Positions 24,298-38,349 of a stretch of DNA of 64,000 nucleotides are shown here, piece by piece. Position numbers and translations under genes: made by a program. The notes under the pieces were generated by a model. It did not search any database, had not been told where the DNA came from, and was given only the letters and a program-made list of their open reading frames with translations. The first letter of the stretch is position 1, and each line of letters begins with the position of its first letter. Source of the stretch: Camelus ferus (lineage: Eukaryota); NCBI RefSeq assembly GCF_009834535.1, contig NC_045697.1, forward strand, positions 73,100,001 through 73,164,000, read 5' to 3'.

Positions 24298-24599
24298 TCT
24301 TTATTAATAGTAAACTAATAAAACCCGAAACATCTTAACCATATGAACAAGTTATAGAAAGTTAAGAAATAAAGCAATAAAAATTAATCCACAGCACATA
24401 ATCCAAATATCCTATACAGGTGCCACAAATATCAGGAGAATCACAAAGTACTAAAGAATCAAACACAGGCTGCCATGTTCTAAACTTATGCAATAGCCTC
24501 CTGACTAGTTTGCCTATATCCACACTTGCCCTACCAAAGTATTTCATGCAATATAATTTGAGTAGTTTTTTTAAGTATAAACCTAAGTATATCATCCCT

Positions 24600-26570
24600 T
24601 ACTATAATAAGGGCAGGAAGGGCATTTCCAAATGGAAAGTAAATCACGAAGTTAAAAAGAAAAGATTACTTATGAGTGTGGAAGGGATAAAGAGGATTAT
24701 ACAGGACTTGAACATACTTTACTTTGTAATTTTAACTTTTAGACCATGTAAATACTTCACATAATAATGAAATAATTTTACATTTAATGTCCCCCCAAGT
24801 AAAATGGAAAAACAAACTTATAAGCCTAACTGTATGATAAACAGAATAACTTTTTCAGGAGGATTTATTCAAACTAAATAACTATATTTAAAGTAGTTAT
24901 TTGATTTTACATCACTAATGGGATATATGCTACAGACAAAAGAATTCAGCAAAAATCTTAAACTGTTTCAGCAATTACACTGTTAGTGGCAGTGTTAGTA
25001 TGTTTACCATGAAGTTGTTGAAGGTGCATTCTTGAACCAATAATGAAAGGAACTGTATAGGTATTATTAGGAAATAATATCTCATCATGATTGAAAGAAG
25101 ATACAAATGAGAGTCAATGAAATTTGTGTAGTGCTAATTTGACCTGAAAGCATAAGAATAAACTCAAGATGTATTTTATCCTAACCTCCCCCCCACCAAA
25201 ACCCGAGAACTATGTCTAAAGAAAGGCGTAGAAACAATGATCAGTGCAGTGGAAATGAGTAACTCTTAGTGTCCAAAGTTTGATTTTTAAATGCCATTCT
25301 CTATAAAGCTATACAGCTCTCTTTGGAGAAATTCATTAATTAATTTCAGACCTGCACATCAAAAATAAAAGAAGAGTCTGAAACATCAGCTCATACCCGA
25401 AAGCTATAAAGCTATGAAAGACTCAGAAGCCAAGCCACCGGCAAAAGATGGGAGCACTTGAATTTCCACAATAATTGTAATTACAGTGGACTCAATCCTA
25501 AAATATATTTAAATACAGGAGTTTCTAATCATATTCAAAAACACTTTGGCTACTTTTGGAAGATGTTAGGAGTCAACTTACCGGTTGAAAATTGTTAAGA
25601 AAAGGGAAAAGAATCACACATTCACCTTATTGTTTCTATACAAACTGGTATCTTAAGAAAATGCTTAGAGGTATAATTTGATCTTGGTAGAAATATTCCA
25701 CCTCATTAATGAAAAAGAAATGATAGGACTGAAATTTTATATTTTGCAACCCTATTCAATTTATGAAATTAATGGATGCAGGTAATTATTATTAGCTGGG
25801 AATATTTTTTAAAGGGGATCACCAATGTTACATGACTCCTGAGTAAATCTCACCCAGCAGCAACTATGAAAAAGAAGACAAGAAGGACAAGAAGGAGGAG
25901 GAGGAACTGGAGAAGGAGGAGAAACAGGAGAAGGAGCAGGAGCAGAAGCAGAAATAAAAGAAGAATCTGATCAAGTGTATGAGCCTCAAGCAGTTTACAG
26001 ATAACACAATGAAGATGTAAACATTTAATGTACTTTAATGTACCCCATGGGAATATGATCAGCAAAATGTAGACTGTGGAAAATTCTATAGGGTTGTATG
26101 TTTTATTCAACACAACAGAAAAAAAAATGAGAGAAGTGAAGAGAGGAGAGGGAGGCAAGAAGAGGGAATACAGATTAAAAGAGTCTTAAGAGAAATATCA
26201 ACAAATTATGGTCTATTGATTTTCCTTGAATTCTGTTTTAAGCAAACTAAAAATTTTTCTTAAAAAAATTGACGGTCAGGAAAGTATGACTACCCAGTGG
26301 ATAGTTGATCACACTAAGAAATTATTATCCATTTTAAAAATAATTGGCAAGTTACTTGTAAAGTCTGTTTTCTTTTTAGTTGATACATAATAAAATACAT
26401 GCAGGTGAAATGATCTGGGATTTGCTTCAAAATAGCTCATGGGGAAAATGGGTTGACTATGTATTGGTAATTGTTGAAGCTGGAAATGGGTATGTAGGGT
26501 TCATTATATTACTCTCTCCACTTTTGTATATGTCTGCAAATTTTCATAAGAAACGTAAAAAGTTTTAAAA
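24600..26570 (+). mobile_element. Old L1MC4/5-like 3' region
   Basis: 'tagaaacaatga...aatgagt...taaatgccatt' and terminal 'ttgttgaagctgg...ggttcattata...cttttgtatatgt'. Confidence 0.65.
25870..25965. repeat. Degenerate (GGA/GAA/GCA)n purine-rich repeat
   Basis: Seen directly; explains the poly-Leu ORF on the minus strand. Confidence 0.9.
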
Positions 26571-27099
26571 CAACAAAGCACATAAATGGAAAATGTAAAA
26601 GATTGGTGTCACTGAAGCTCCTTTAATCAATACACCATTAATTGTGGCAAACCTTTGAATCTTCCCAGTCTTATATACATTTTTCTTAATGGCAAAATGT
26701 AACATTAGAAATTGGGTGTATGCACTGTAGTTTACATTAAGGATATTCTTAACTGAAATTTATCTTACATGAGAGGGGTGGAAAAATTATAATCATCATT
26801 TTATAACCTAGAATCTTCTGTTAGCCATCTCTATGAAAGAATATATCACCCCAGGAAGGGTCCCAAGAGAGCAAAGCAAGGAAAACATCACTAAGAAATA
26901 TCAGAGGAGGCAGGAACTTGTTTTAATTGGGCAATGAACTCATGGGAAGGTTTTGTGACTTATCTACCTAGCTATGTAAATACCTATCTATCCATGTATG
27001 TCTGTTTTACAGTTTAACTCAGAATATAGGTGGCAGTCAAAATGGTGCATATTAAAATAATTATTTGAATTGAATACAAAATTAGACTCTGATGAATCA

Positions 27100-28304
27100 T
27101 AAATCTCATTTGGTTAATTGTATTTATGATAAGAATTGACTTTGCCGATTGATTTGCATCCCATAACTTGAGTTACATATTATAGTTCAAGGTTTTGATC
27201 AAAATGTTTAAGATCAATGCAATTAAAAAAACTGCATTGACAAAGGGATAGTAAAATTTGTAATATTTTAATTTTTCCAATACTTTCTGATTGTACTGGG
27301 CTAAATGGAGACGTCTCTAATTGAAAAAGTAGCACACATCATCAATAATCATTGCCGAATATTTTGAAAGGATTTTCAGAAACTGAGAAAGTAAATGACC
27401 ACAGTGACTGACTAAGAAATCATCCTGCCATTTAAGCAGCTTTTAATTCTTTGCTTTCAGTAAACCTGAAGAAGCTTTTAGATCAACAAGAAGAATTTTT
27501 TATGATGGACCACTATATAATTCTAGGTGCATAACTAAGAGAACATAAAAATGATGTGTTATTAAATAAATAAACTCTCCCATTTCCATCAACATCTTAT
27601 AAGAAAAAGTATTTGTAAATCACCTATCCATGAAAACAAATAATGCCGAACTCAGGGCAAACTCTGCTTCCTTCTAACTAAACTATTCATTTGTTTGTAA
27701 TAGAATAATTTTTAAGTCCAGTTTGCTACATTAACAGATAATTTTCCAATATGTTTTATTGTTTAATAATCAATTATCAAAACTGGTCATATACTTTTAG
27801 TCAATTGTTTAATAAAATAATCATAATGATTTTAATCCTGTTGACATTTTCACAATTTTTTCAAAATTCAGACTTACAAACACAGGCACACGTAACACAT
27901 ATTTGAACTGCAGAAGTGTGTGATCTATGATTAAGAAGTCTTTCAAACTTAAAAATATATTATGTCAAAATAAAATATGTTGCAGAAGTGAAATAGGAAC
28001 ACAGAAATATGAAAAATATAATGTAAATTTTGACTATAATATAATCTTTAACAATAATGTAATTTCAATGGACTGAGGTGTAAATCAAACGGTATGGTCT
28101 TAATATCCAGTTGTATACATTTAAAAAGCAGTATAACAGTGTGAATTTAAAATGTCAATATTTATAATACACGTAAATTATGTCACTTGCTACAATTAAA
28201 TTATGAAAAACTTCTAGCTGTCAACTTAAACATTGGCAAGGTTTATGCAATTCTTAAAAAAATTATTTTAAGGACGTCAGACTAAAAAACTTTGAAAACT
28301 GCTA
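27100..28304 (+). mobile_element. hAT-Charlie DNA transposon fossil with transposase C-terminal remnant
   Basis: QGFDQNV (27188-27208), KLH*QR, PFPST (27580-27594; compare LPFPSTYLCE in the hAT dimerisation domain), terminal 'cagactaaaaaactttgaaaactgct'. Confidence 0.65.
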
Positions 28305-29039
28305 CTTAAATAACCCAAACTCAAATTAGTGAGTGGATTAAATAGTTTTTCAGTGTTGCCAAATTATGGGGAGATTTTAACTAAGTTCACCAAAGATAGC
28401 CCCATGAAGGCATCCCTCTGTTACTTAATTTCTAGCCCTCCCCGTGGCTTTTCCTTGCAGTAATGCCTTGGTGCATTTGTGACTAGTGATTTCCTGCCAC
28501 TTGAGGAAAACTGTTACCTTACTCATGGATGCTTTCCCAAACAACAGAGGTTTCCCACCTTTCTCGCTCTGCAACCCTCCATTACGTTTCATGCTATGCT
28601 GATCATCAGGCTTGCTCCTACTCGACTCACTTGAGGCTATAAAATCTACTGCAAGCGATGATTTCTCTGATTTTTTAAAACAATTTCCTGAACTACCTTG
28701 GCCTCACTCTAATAATTGGGATCCGGACTCATTGAGGCCGTGGTTACCCCATTCCCCTAAAAGCCCAAATCCCCAAGCTTCTTAGTGTGCCACAGCAAGG
28801 CCCAGGGTATTGGTAATTAGAGCAAGAAACTTTAATTTTCTCTTGAAAGGCTTTATCTTATATGAATCCGATAGTTTCCTCATCAAACTGTACTGATTCT
28901 CTCTTTAACTTTATTGCATTATCTGCAAGATCTTCAAGCAATACCTATGTTTTATTATTCAACAAAGGGTAGTCCAACCAGAGCTAGATCAGAGAAGATG
29001 ATTTATGGTAGAGAGGAAGGCAAATAAAAGTTTTCTAAC

Positions 29040-30730
29040 GGAAGGATCCGAAAAGTTGCTGGCAACGCAGCCAGGCAGGCAGTGTGTGAGCAAAATGTTC
29101 AAGGAAATATTTTATTTTTATTTATGTTGGCTATGAAATAAATATTGCATAGTTGAATCAGTGGATTTTATGTGTCAGGCACTATTTCCTGCTGCACCCA
29201 ATCACTGCAGAGCTGTCAGAAGCCAAGTGTGCATTTAAAGAGGCTGCCCTCTCTGAATGGAAGGGGAAGAAAAAAAGCCAGGAGGGTTGACAAAACGCAT
29301 CCTGATGAGTGCCTCTCCCTCTCTTTTTAAAGCTTTTTGATTTTGTTCCAATTTTAGCAAACGTGAAGTCTGAACGAAAAGTAATTGAAGGCAATAATTT
29401 CAAAAAGGACGTAGAGAGGAAAGAGGGAAGACTTGCATTTTCTATACAGATAGCATGGTGCAGGTGTAATGCATGTCCAGGGAATGTAAGATTGAAAGGT
29501 TTCCCTGCAGATTGGATACCCTCTCCCTCTACTCAATAGCAAAATGCATAGACTGTGTTGAGATGAGCATCTTATATTGTGGGTGTCTGGTCACCGACCT
29601 GAATGTTACAGCCGCATCAGTACAGATGAGCATCAGGAAGCGGCAAATAAGAGTGCCCAGAAAACAGGAACTGTCAGGAGAAGACAGGCCGGGAAGCAGC
29701 AATAACTCAGCGCAAGCCCCTGCTCAGAATGTGATTGGAATTACATGACAGAAGGACGGCTTATGATAAGGCCAGGGAAGACCCAGCACACACACCTGAG
29801 ATTTCGTCGAGGCTTTTAAAACTGCTTTCCTCTGTATTCTGTTTCCTCTGCCTCATTCCTGAGAGCCAGAGCTCTGGAGACTGAGACATTGGCTTTTGGC
29901 TGCTTATTAATTGCCATATACGCTCGCTGCTGTTATGTGACTCAGGAGCCTTAAGGTATAAATAATTAAAACCTTGGCTCTCCATAAACATAAACGATGA
30001 TATAATAATAACAGTCCCTTCTGAATATCCCTTAATATTGTGTGGATACTGAAATTACTCCCACCTCTCTCTCGCACGCACATACACACAGACATCCTCA
30101 CTAACCAGGTCAACTCACTCATTTCTGAATAACCTCAGTTAAACTAAATGCTTTTAAAAAATTATCACTGATTTCTGGGTTATAAAAACATTCCATTTTT
30201 ACACTGTAATGACATAGCTTGAAATAATATGGAGTGATCAGACTTGTATCAGTGCAGCACCTTTGATAATATCATAGTAATGGAAATACTATTTGATATA
30301 AGAGATATCAGAGAAACGCTCTACCCTAAATGGGCTAACTAAATAATTTTGAGAGCTGAAAGTCTTCACAATGTGGCAGTGAGGTTTCCTTTGTCCAGAA
30401 TTCAGGCACATAAGAGATTTCCCAGGTCTGAGCATGCGTCCCTGTGTTTGCCTCTCCTGGGCCTCTGCTCACTCACGACCTCAGCTGGTTGAAAGGAGTG
30501 ATTTAGAACTGTGAAATTATAGGCATTTTGACAGGCCAGTGGAGAAATATTCTGAGGGTGGGGAGCTTCTCAGCACCCCTCAAATTTAAATGACAACAAA
30601 CAGTAGGGTTTAATTCCTTCAGTCCAGGTTTTAGCAGGATTCTTGTCAGTCAAAGACATTCACAGAACATCTGTCCTATATAAAATATTTCTCTTCACAT
30701 ACTAATTCCTTGCCTGACACTTGACAGTTT
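29040..30730. promoter_or_regulatory. Putative cis-regulatory region (repeat-free, motif-dense)
   Basis: No repeat recognised from ~28.3 to 31.6 kb; five TGACAG sites, two TGATTGG/CCAAT, AP-1 TGACTCA at 29938-29944, TATAAAT at 29957-29963; several retained CpGs. Confidence 0.4.
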
Positions 30731-31604
30731 TTATAAAGAAAGATGGGAAGCTGAGTATTTGCTCTGCAGGATGGAAATCTGATTCATGGCAATTTACTTA
30801 TTTAGAGTGAAATTCCACTATGACAAACCTGTTCATTCTTACGGTGTTCATTGTGAAGGGGTCTTGCTTGCGCCTCAATTTGTGCTGCTTTCTTAATTTT
30901 CATAAAGGAGCATATTTGTTATTGAATCTTTTAAGTGTGTTTGGGTAAGCTTTTCACATAAGTCCAAGAATATAGACTATTGCTGAAGACAGCTGTAATT
31001 GATTCTTACCTTCTTTGTATAGAAAAATGGGGAAGACAAGGAGCTAAAACAAACCTGTGATCACACCATTTACATTATTTACATCCTGTGTTCTAGCAAA
31101 ATGTAAAACCCATATGTCTCTTATCCCTGGAGTGCACTTTGAGGTGGGAATTTTTTCCCCAGTTTTTTTCCAGTATTGTTTTTTTTTTTTTTTTTTCATA
31201 AAATAGTTCTTGCTACTGAGAAATCTGTGATTTGGCTACGTTCTTCCAAAAGAGACTCTTCACAACACTTCATAAGGATTCTCCAGTTGCCAAGTTACAC
31301 AGTCCAATACAGAAATTAGGGTTAGAACCCTAAGGATCATATACTGCAACACTTTCATTCATGTGCTGAGTCACTACCTTGTTATAAAAAATGAGGAAAA
31401 TAAATCTGACCTTTTCTAGACACCATAAAGATAATAAGTGAAATAATACTTTAAATTCTTAGAATAAAAGATCTGAGATAACCTTGTAAATGTAATTTTC
31501 CAATTGTGCCTCTGTATTTGAATTTTTGTCACTTGTAAAGATAGGGATTCAAAACACTTGCTTGAGAGAGAAGACTGTTCTGTGTGGCATAACCATTGAA
31601 AATA

Positions 31605-32720
31605 AAAACATTATTATGGTATAGAGTCATCCCTTGGTATCTACAGGGGTTGGTTTCAGGACCCCCCGAGATACCAAAATCGGAGGATGCTCAAGTCCCT
31701 TGAATAAAATGGCATAATATTTGCATATAACCTATGCACATCCTCCCATTCACTTTAAATCATCTCTTGATTACATAGAATACCTAATACAATGTAAAGA
31801 GTTGTAAATGAGGTGTAGATGCTATGTAAATCTTTGCCAGCATGTAGTAAATTCAGTTTTGCTTCTTTAGAACTTTCTGGATTAAAAATAGATATATATT
31901 TACTATCCATGGTTGGTTGAATTTGCAGATGTAGAACCTGTGACCACAGAAGGTAAACTGTAATTGACATACAATATGCTGCACTATTTAAAATGTACAT
32001 GCAGTGGGACAACTTGTGTGTACATCTGTGAAACCACTGTTACAATCAACATGATGAACATATCTATCACCTCCCAAATTTGTCTGATACTCTCACTCCC
32101 TAGTCCCACCTCCATCCCTCAGACAACGACTTATTTGCTTTCTGTCATTATATTTTGGCATACATTTTCTAGATTCCACACTAAATGGAATTAGTCAGAA
32201 TGTACACTTTTTTGTTGCAGGGTGGGAGGGAGAGTGTCTTGCTTCTTTCACTCAGCATAATTATTTAAATAATTTATCCATGTTGTGAGTATCAATAGTT
32301 CATTTCTTTTTATTGCTGCATAGTACTCCATTGTATAGACATATCATGATTTGTTTATCCATTTGCTTGTAAATGGACATTGGTATTGTTTCCATTTTAG
32401 GCTGCAGCAAATAAAGATTTTATGAGCATTTGTGTGCAAGTCTTTAAATGGATATTTGTTTTCCAATACCTTTTTCCTGGGCATTGGTTAAATACCTGGA
32501 AGTGGAATGGCTGTATCTTTGATGTCAAAAAATCCCCCCAAACCGAACACAATGTTATCTATAGTGGCTGCATCATTTTGCATTTCCACCAGAAAATTAA
32601 ATGAATTCTAGTGGCTCCAAGTGTGGTATGTCTTTTTAAATTGTAGCCATTCTAATAGTTATGTAGTGCATCTCATTGTGCTTTTAGCCTGCTGTTTTAA
32701 TTCTTCTATGCTTATTTGTC
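31605..32720 (-). mobile_element. L1MB-like 3' region, interrupted by MER2
   Basis: 'ggtata|attgacatacaat', 'cttctttcactcagcataat', 'gatttgtttatccatt', 'tagccattctaatag'. Confidence 0.85.
31624..31960 (+). mobile_element. MER2-like TcMar-Tigger element with TA target duplication
   Basis: 'gagtcatcccttggtatc...ggatgctcaagtccctt...gcatataacctatgcacatcctccc...aactg', with TA on both sides. Confidence 0.9.
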
Positions 32721-32999
32721 AGGAAGATGGACCTTGGGGTGACGAGTGACAAAAAACAAACCTGTTTAGTTTCCCAGACCTCTCCATCACCACAGAGAAC
32801 CTGGAAGAATTATTTATGTTCTGTTTATTCTCTCTACAATTTAATTCCATTTATTTATTCGTTATTCACTATTATAGTGATTTTATATAATATTTGGAAA
32901 AGTTACATAAAAAGAATAAATATTCATGATTTTTTTCACCATGTCATCTTTACTGCTCACCTTTTGGTCTATTTCATTCATTTTCTCAATCATAATAAA

Positions 33000-33500
33000 A
33001 TACTAACATTTATTAAAGACTCATGATGGCCCAGGAATAAGATATATAGTCTCATATATTTTACACAATTTTTTTCAACAATTTTGTAAGTAGATATGAT
33101 TTTTCCCATTATACAAATTAAGGGAAAAAAAAAAGAAACTTGACTTAGAAAAAGCTTGTATCACACAGCTAGCATAGCTCAGACTTTATTTGATGTATTT
33201 CTGACTCCAAATGCTAAGTTTTCAACCTCTTCAAGATAGTCCCTTGAGTTGTCAGATTTCTTAAAAAGTCCATTTTAAAAAAAATGAGTTTTAATGATAT
33301 GGAAAGAAATTCTTTGTTAGGAAGCTAACTTAATAAAAGTAATTAGAAAGATGGAATAAACAGACTTGGAATAAAGAGCACAGCATTGTGAGCTCATATT
33401 GTGGAGCCATAGTTCTTATACCAAGCCTGCTATAGAAAAGCTGTGACTCCTTGGTCAAATTATTTCATTGCTCTGACTTCATTTAACATCTATCTCTCAG
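33000..33500. mobile_element. Two MIR fragments (minus ~33000-33230, plus ~33380-33500)
   Basis: 'cccattataca', 'tcacacagcta', 'tctgactccaaa'; 'gctgtgactccttggtcaaattattt'. Confidence 0.55.
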
Positions 33501-36344
33501 ATGAGACTGTGTGTAGAAAAACTCTAAAATAAATTATATCTCTGAAATACTTGTACTTTGGATGGAGAAGCAGTAAAATGGGTGGAATGACCCAATTCTT
33601 AGCTCTCAGGTAGTGTCAGTCAAAGCTAACAGAGATAAATCACAGGAAGATATAAGATTGTTGACTGGTTAAAATGCTGCAGAGGCACATTGGAGCTGCA
33701 TTTAGAAAAAAGAGACAGTTTTACTAAAGTGACTATAAAGTCTCACTCTATTCAGAAAAAGAGGCTTTGGTTCATTGCAGTCTGGTTCTTAAAGACATTA
33801 ACACAATTGACAAGTTACTAAGAGAAGCAAGACATTTGTATATAATCCATAAATCAAAGATTCACCACTCCTGTAAACCTTTCCCTTCGTTCACTGTAGC
33901 TGTAGATATTAAAATGCAGCTATAGAGGTTCTAGAAAAAGTTAACCAAGATGTTAGAGATTCTCTCTAAATGTCTATGAGTGAAGGATTAAAAACTATTT
34001 TCCAATGTCAAAAAATAAAAGCTGAGAATTTCTATATTTGAAATTGAAAATTAATTAAAGGGAAAGATGAAGGAAAGAAAATGTGTTTGTGAAATGCATG
34101 GATTATAGAACATAATGTTGATTTTTAGGACAAACAAAAATAATCTCTTTTTTCTATTATAGATTATAATATATGAAACTCATTATTACCTTATGTGGTA
34201 CAAAGTAGGTGAAAGATACTAAATTTGATGAAAAAGATTCTGGAGAAACAGCTGGATATTTGAGCCATAAATGCTTAGTGAATGAATATAAGGATTACTT
34301 ACAAATATTTCCTTTATTTTGCAGTTGACATTGGACAACAGCTTGGATTTTCCTCAGAATCATTGGTGTCAGTGGCAGAAAGTATGCTTTATTGTTAATA
34401 TTGTTAACACTCATTCTGGAACTGCTGATGCTGGCAATTTACTATTTATCTAAGCATAAAATTTTATTTTTCCCTCTTCTTTCAATGACAGATCACTCAA
34501 AATATGAGCAACTTTTTTTCCAAGTCAATAGAAAGTTTCTAACAAATTGGTATTTAATGTCTTAATTGTGGTCTTGCCCTGTAGAAAAATCAATCGTATT
34601 TACCCTTGTTTTATTTGAAGTTTCCCTCATCTATTTTAAGGGATACAGCAATATTCCTACTTTTTAGGTATAAAGCCTTGTTAATGACAGGCAATTCGTT
34701 CTTACATAGCTCAGAAAGAATACGTAATAGAGATTATTGCATTTATAAATATCTTCCTTTTTTAGATCCTGAAAGCATTTTGTCATGGCTTTTCAAGAAA
34801 ATATGGAATTGTAGTCATTCCTCTGATTAATTTTCCTCTCATAAATACTACATTTAGAGTTCATCTCCATGTTTATCTGTGTACACTTCCATATCTATGC
34901 CCTTCTGCATGCATAATTATTTTCAATACCTTGATCCAGTATATTTTTAAACTCATTTAGAATAGCAGTTAAGCTTAACATGTGTGATAGAACTAAGTGG
35001 GTTGAAATGAGAAAAATGTGAGCAGCAATGACCAAGTTTGCACATGTGCAGGCAATGTTGAGTAGACAATTGTTGTCTTGCATACAAAAATGATAAGAGG
35101 TCATCTATTTTAAGAAGAATCTATTTCAAAAGGTATTAAAATATAAAAAATGACTATCACAAACTTGACTAAATATGGTGTACTAAACATTTAACAACAT
35201 CTGGCTTATCAAAGTTCAATACATGGTAGCCAGTATTGTTATATAATATTATTGTTACAACCTTGTCAAATGGGACGTTTTGAGATTCTTTGTTAGTTTT
35301 CTGACAGTGCAACAGCTTACTCCTAGAACAGTAGCTTCCTTGGAAAGTCTAGATACCCTGCCTTTTCCTGCTTTGATAAATCATATTTTGATTATTCTCA
35401 GAATTGCACTTTCACTACAGTTCTTATTCAAAACAATAATTCACTGTTCCCTCAGGATATTTGTAGAATTCAGAGTTTGTATTATCTGGTCACAGAGTCG
35501 TTTATAAACACATTTTAAAAATGAAGAATATATTCATTTTGACCTTGTGATTAAAGAATTTTTTATCCATTTGTGAGTTTTGAAATATTAATGAAGGAAA
35601 AGCTTCTTATTGCTTAATCAATTTTAGATCCTATGACTTTAACAATCTTGCGTGTTTTCAAGTACTTAAACAGTCAAGCACAGTTTCAATGTACATATCC
35701 GATGTAGTTACTTAACATGAAGCTGTCTCGTCCTCATATTTCTTCTCTGCTAATTTCCGTTTATTTTAGCAGGCCAAGTGTTAATGTGAAATGCTATATA
35801 CTACATAGATAAAGCGCATAAATACTATGAAATAGTTACTTATATTATTATCTATGTGTATGTAGGCCAGAAGGGAAGAAAATGTTATTAAAATGCATAG
35901 GTCTCAATACTCTGTAATTATAATCTTACAAAACAATAGGGCTCTGTAATATCTGAATACAGAGTCCACCTACTTTGATAGCAATGGTCATGTAGGAGGC
36001 ATATGCTCAGTGAGTCTGGGGATTCATCTTCAAATATGTGGCATCGTGAGTGAGGTTTACTACGTAAACCAGGGAGTGGCATTTCTCAAAAATAAATAGG
36101 TAGATAGATTGATATGACTTTTCTGAAATATTTAGATCTTTAATATACTAAATCTACAGCTCAAGGGTTTCCACTTTCCCCTTTTGACATAAGTACTGTA
36201 TTATTTATCTGTTTTCCCCACTGAGAAAGCTATTCCCCATCTTTTTGAACAATTCATGAGGTCATATTATCCCATTATTCTTTATACTTTGTTAGAGATG
36301 TGTTTTTTTCCAAATGAACTCCAGATATTTTTGTTCACTTCCAA

Positions 36345-37470
36345 GCTAGAGTAAGAAAAGTCTTAAGATACAAATAGTAAATTTAAAACAAAAAATAACA
36401 AATTGGACTATAGTAAAATTCAAAACTTCTCTTCATCAAAGAAATCATTAAAAAGTAAAAAGGCAACCCATCGGTTGGGGGAAGATATTAAAAATATGTA
36501 GTACATATGAAAAAATATATATTCACATATTTTATATGTAATTATGATTATATAATTATATGTTACATATTATTTTTGTCAGATATATGTCATTATATGT
36601 TAAATGTATCTGGCAAAAATCCTTATATCCAGAATGTATAAATAACACCTGTAAATCACTGAGATAAAGGTAGACAAGCTAGCAGGAAATGGGTGAAATT
36701 CTGAACAGACTTTTCATAGAAGAGAATATTCAAGCAGTTTTTAGATGCATGGAAAACTCTTGGCCTCATCAGGGAAATGCCCATTAAAGCCACGGGCAGG
36801 GCATGAGAAATGAAAAAAATCACCAAGCTTGTGTGAGGATATGGGGGTCACCAGACTGTCATGAACTCCATGCAGGTATGTAAATATGTATAACCACATG
36901 GGAAAACTGTTTGTATTTACTAAAGCTGAAGATATACCTACTCTGAGAATCAAAAATCCCACTCCTAGGTCTATACTTAACAAAAATGTGTACCTATGTT
37001 CACCAAAACACACTTACATATGCAGGCAAACATCACACGTAATGGGCAAAAACTAGAATGTATCCAGATTCTCATCAACAGTAAAATATGTAGATAAACT
37101 GTGGCAAATTCACAAAGTGGAAAATAAGGTGGAAATGAGAATAAATAATCTGTCACTACCTACAACAGTAGGTAAAACTCAAAAATTAGATGTTGAGCAA
37201 AAGAAGCTGACCCCAAAATAGGACATACTCTAAATTCACTTACCCAACTACAAGGACTGACCAAACTAATGCTCTATTTCAGTCAGAACAGTGATTACAC
37301 TCAGCAAGGAACAATGACAGGGAGTGTGAGGGATATTCTGAGGTTCAAGAAAGGTCTGTTTATTGATTTTGTTGCTGGTGACTAAGTCTGTTCAATCTGT
37401 AAAAGTATATCAAGATTTACTTGTGAGTGCGTGTGTCCATATTTATATCAGACTTCAATAAAAAATTTAA
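36345..37470 (+). mobile_element. Old L1M (ME/MB-like) ORF2 end and 3'UTR
   Basis: 'aaaacttctcttcatcaaaga', 'catcagggaaatgc', 'atcccactcctaggt', ends 'acttcaataaaaaatttaaaaaaa'. Confidence 0.8.
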
Positions 37471-37624
37471 AAAAAGAGGAGAGAAAAGTGTAGTACATGC
37501 CAGAAAAGAGTGCAGGTAGTTCCAGGGGAGCATTAATGATGGTTCAAACCAAGGCATGAATTTAATTGAATGAATGCAATCTGAAGAAGTTCTTTTGCTT
37601 TGATGAAGTTGGGAAGAACCACTC

Positions 37625-37868
37625 TTTTTTTTTTTTCTTTTTGAGGTATAATTGACATATAACATTTTATTAGTTTCAGGAATACAGCATGATTCGATAT
37701 TTGTATCTATTGTGAAATGATTGCAACAATAAAGCTGGGTAACATCTGTCACCAATCGTAGTTACACATTGTTTTTCCTTGTGGTGAGAAGTTATTAGAT
37801 CTACTCTCTTAGCAACTTTCAAATACACTGTACAGTATCATTAACTAAAGTCCCCATGATGTACATTG
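37625..37868 (-). mobile_element. L1MA9-like 3' end
   Basis: Poly(T), then 'gaggtataattgacatataaca', 'gatctactctcttagcaactttcaaata'. Confidence 0.85.
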
Positions 37869-38284
37869 CTGAGAAGAAGAACCGTTGTCTCTCTCTCTCT
37901 TTTTTTCTTTTTAGTGAAAAAAGATATGCATAGCTCTTATTTCTCAAAATAAATATCGTATAAGATTTTGTGAAAGTACAAATTAATCACTTTTTTGCTT
38001 CCATTAATGGCCAGCTAGATAATTTGAACCAATTTTCTCATCAAGGACAATTAGAAGTGTTAGAAGACAATTCTAAAATGTCTTTTCTTCTTAGAAGATA
38101 AGACATTATACAGCTAACATGACATTCAACAGCTACCAGGACGGGATCCGGTAGGTTATGGGACCCTGAGCGAGGTGAGCACTTAGACTCTTTTAGTAAC
38201 TTCCAAGGTTAAGAGGTTAAAATTCAGGCGGCACGTGGAATATGAGATTCTGCTTAATGCACTTGATTTGTGCTTGGAGCCTTA

Positions 38285-38321
38285 AGCCACTCTGGACAGC
38301 CACTCTGGACAGCCACTCTGG
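38285..38321. repeat. 13-bp tandem repeat (agccactctggac) x2.8
   Basis: Seen directly; units are identical. Confidence 0.95.
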
Positions 38322-38349
38322 GTACCGCTGTCATCACTGCCCCCACCAC

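Noticed and set aside
25850..26158. Poly-Leu, signal-peptide-like ORF
   Set aside because: It is the antisense reading of a purine-rich simple repeat inside an old L1
38285..38321. Short direct repeats as a CRISPR-like array
   Set aside because: Eukaryotic DNA with no spacers; a simple tandem triplication
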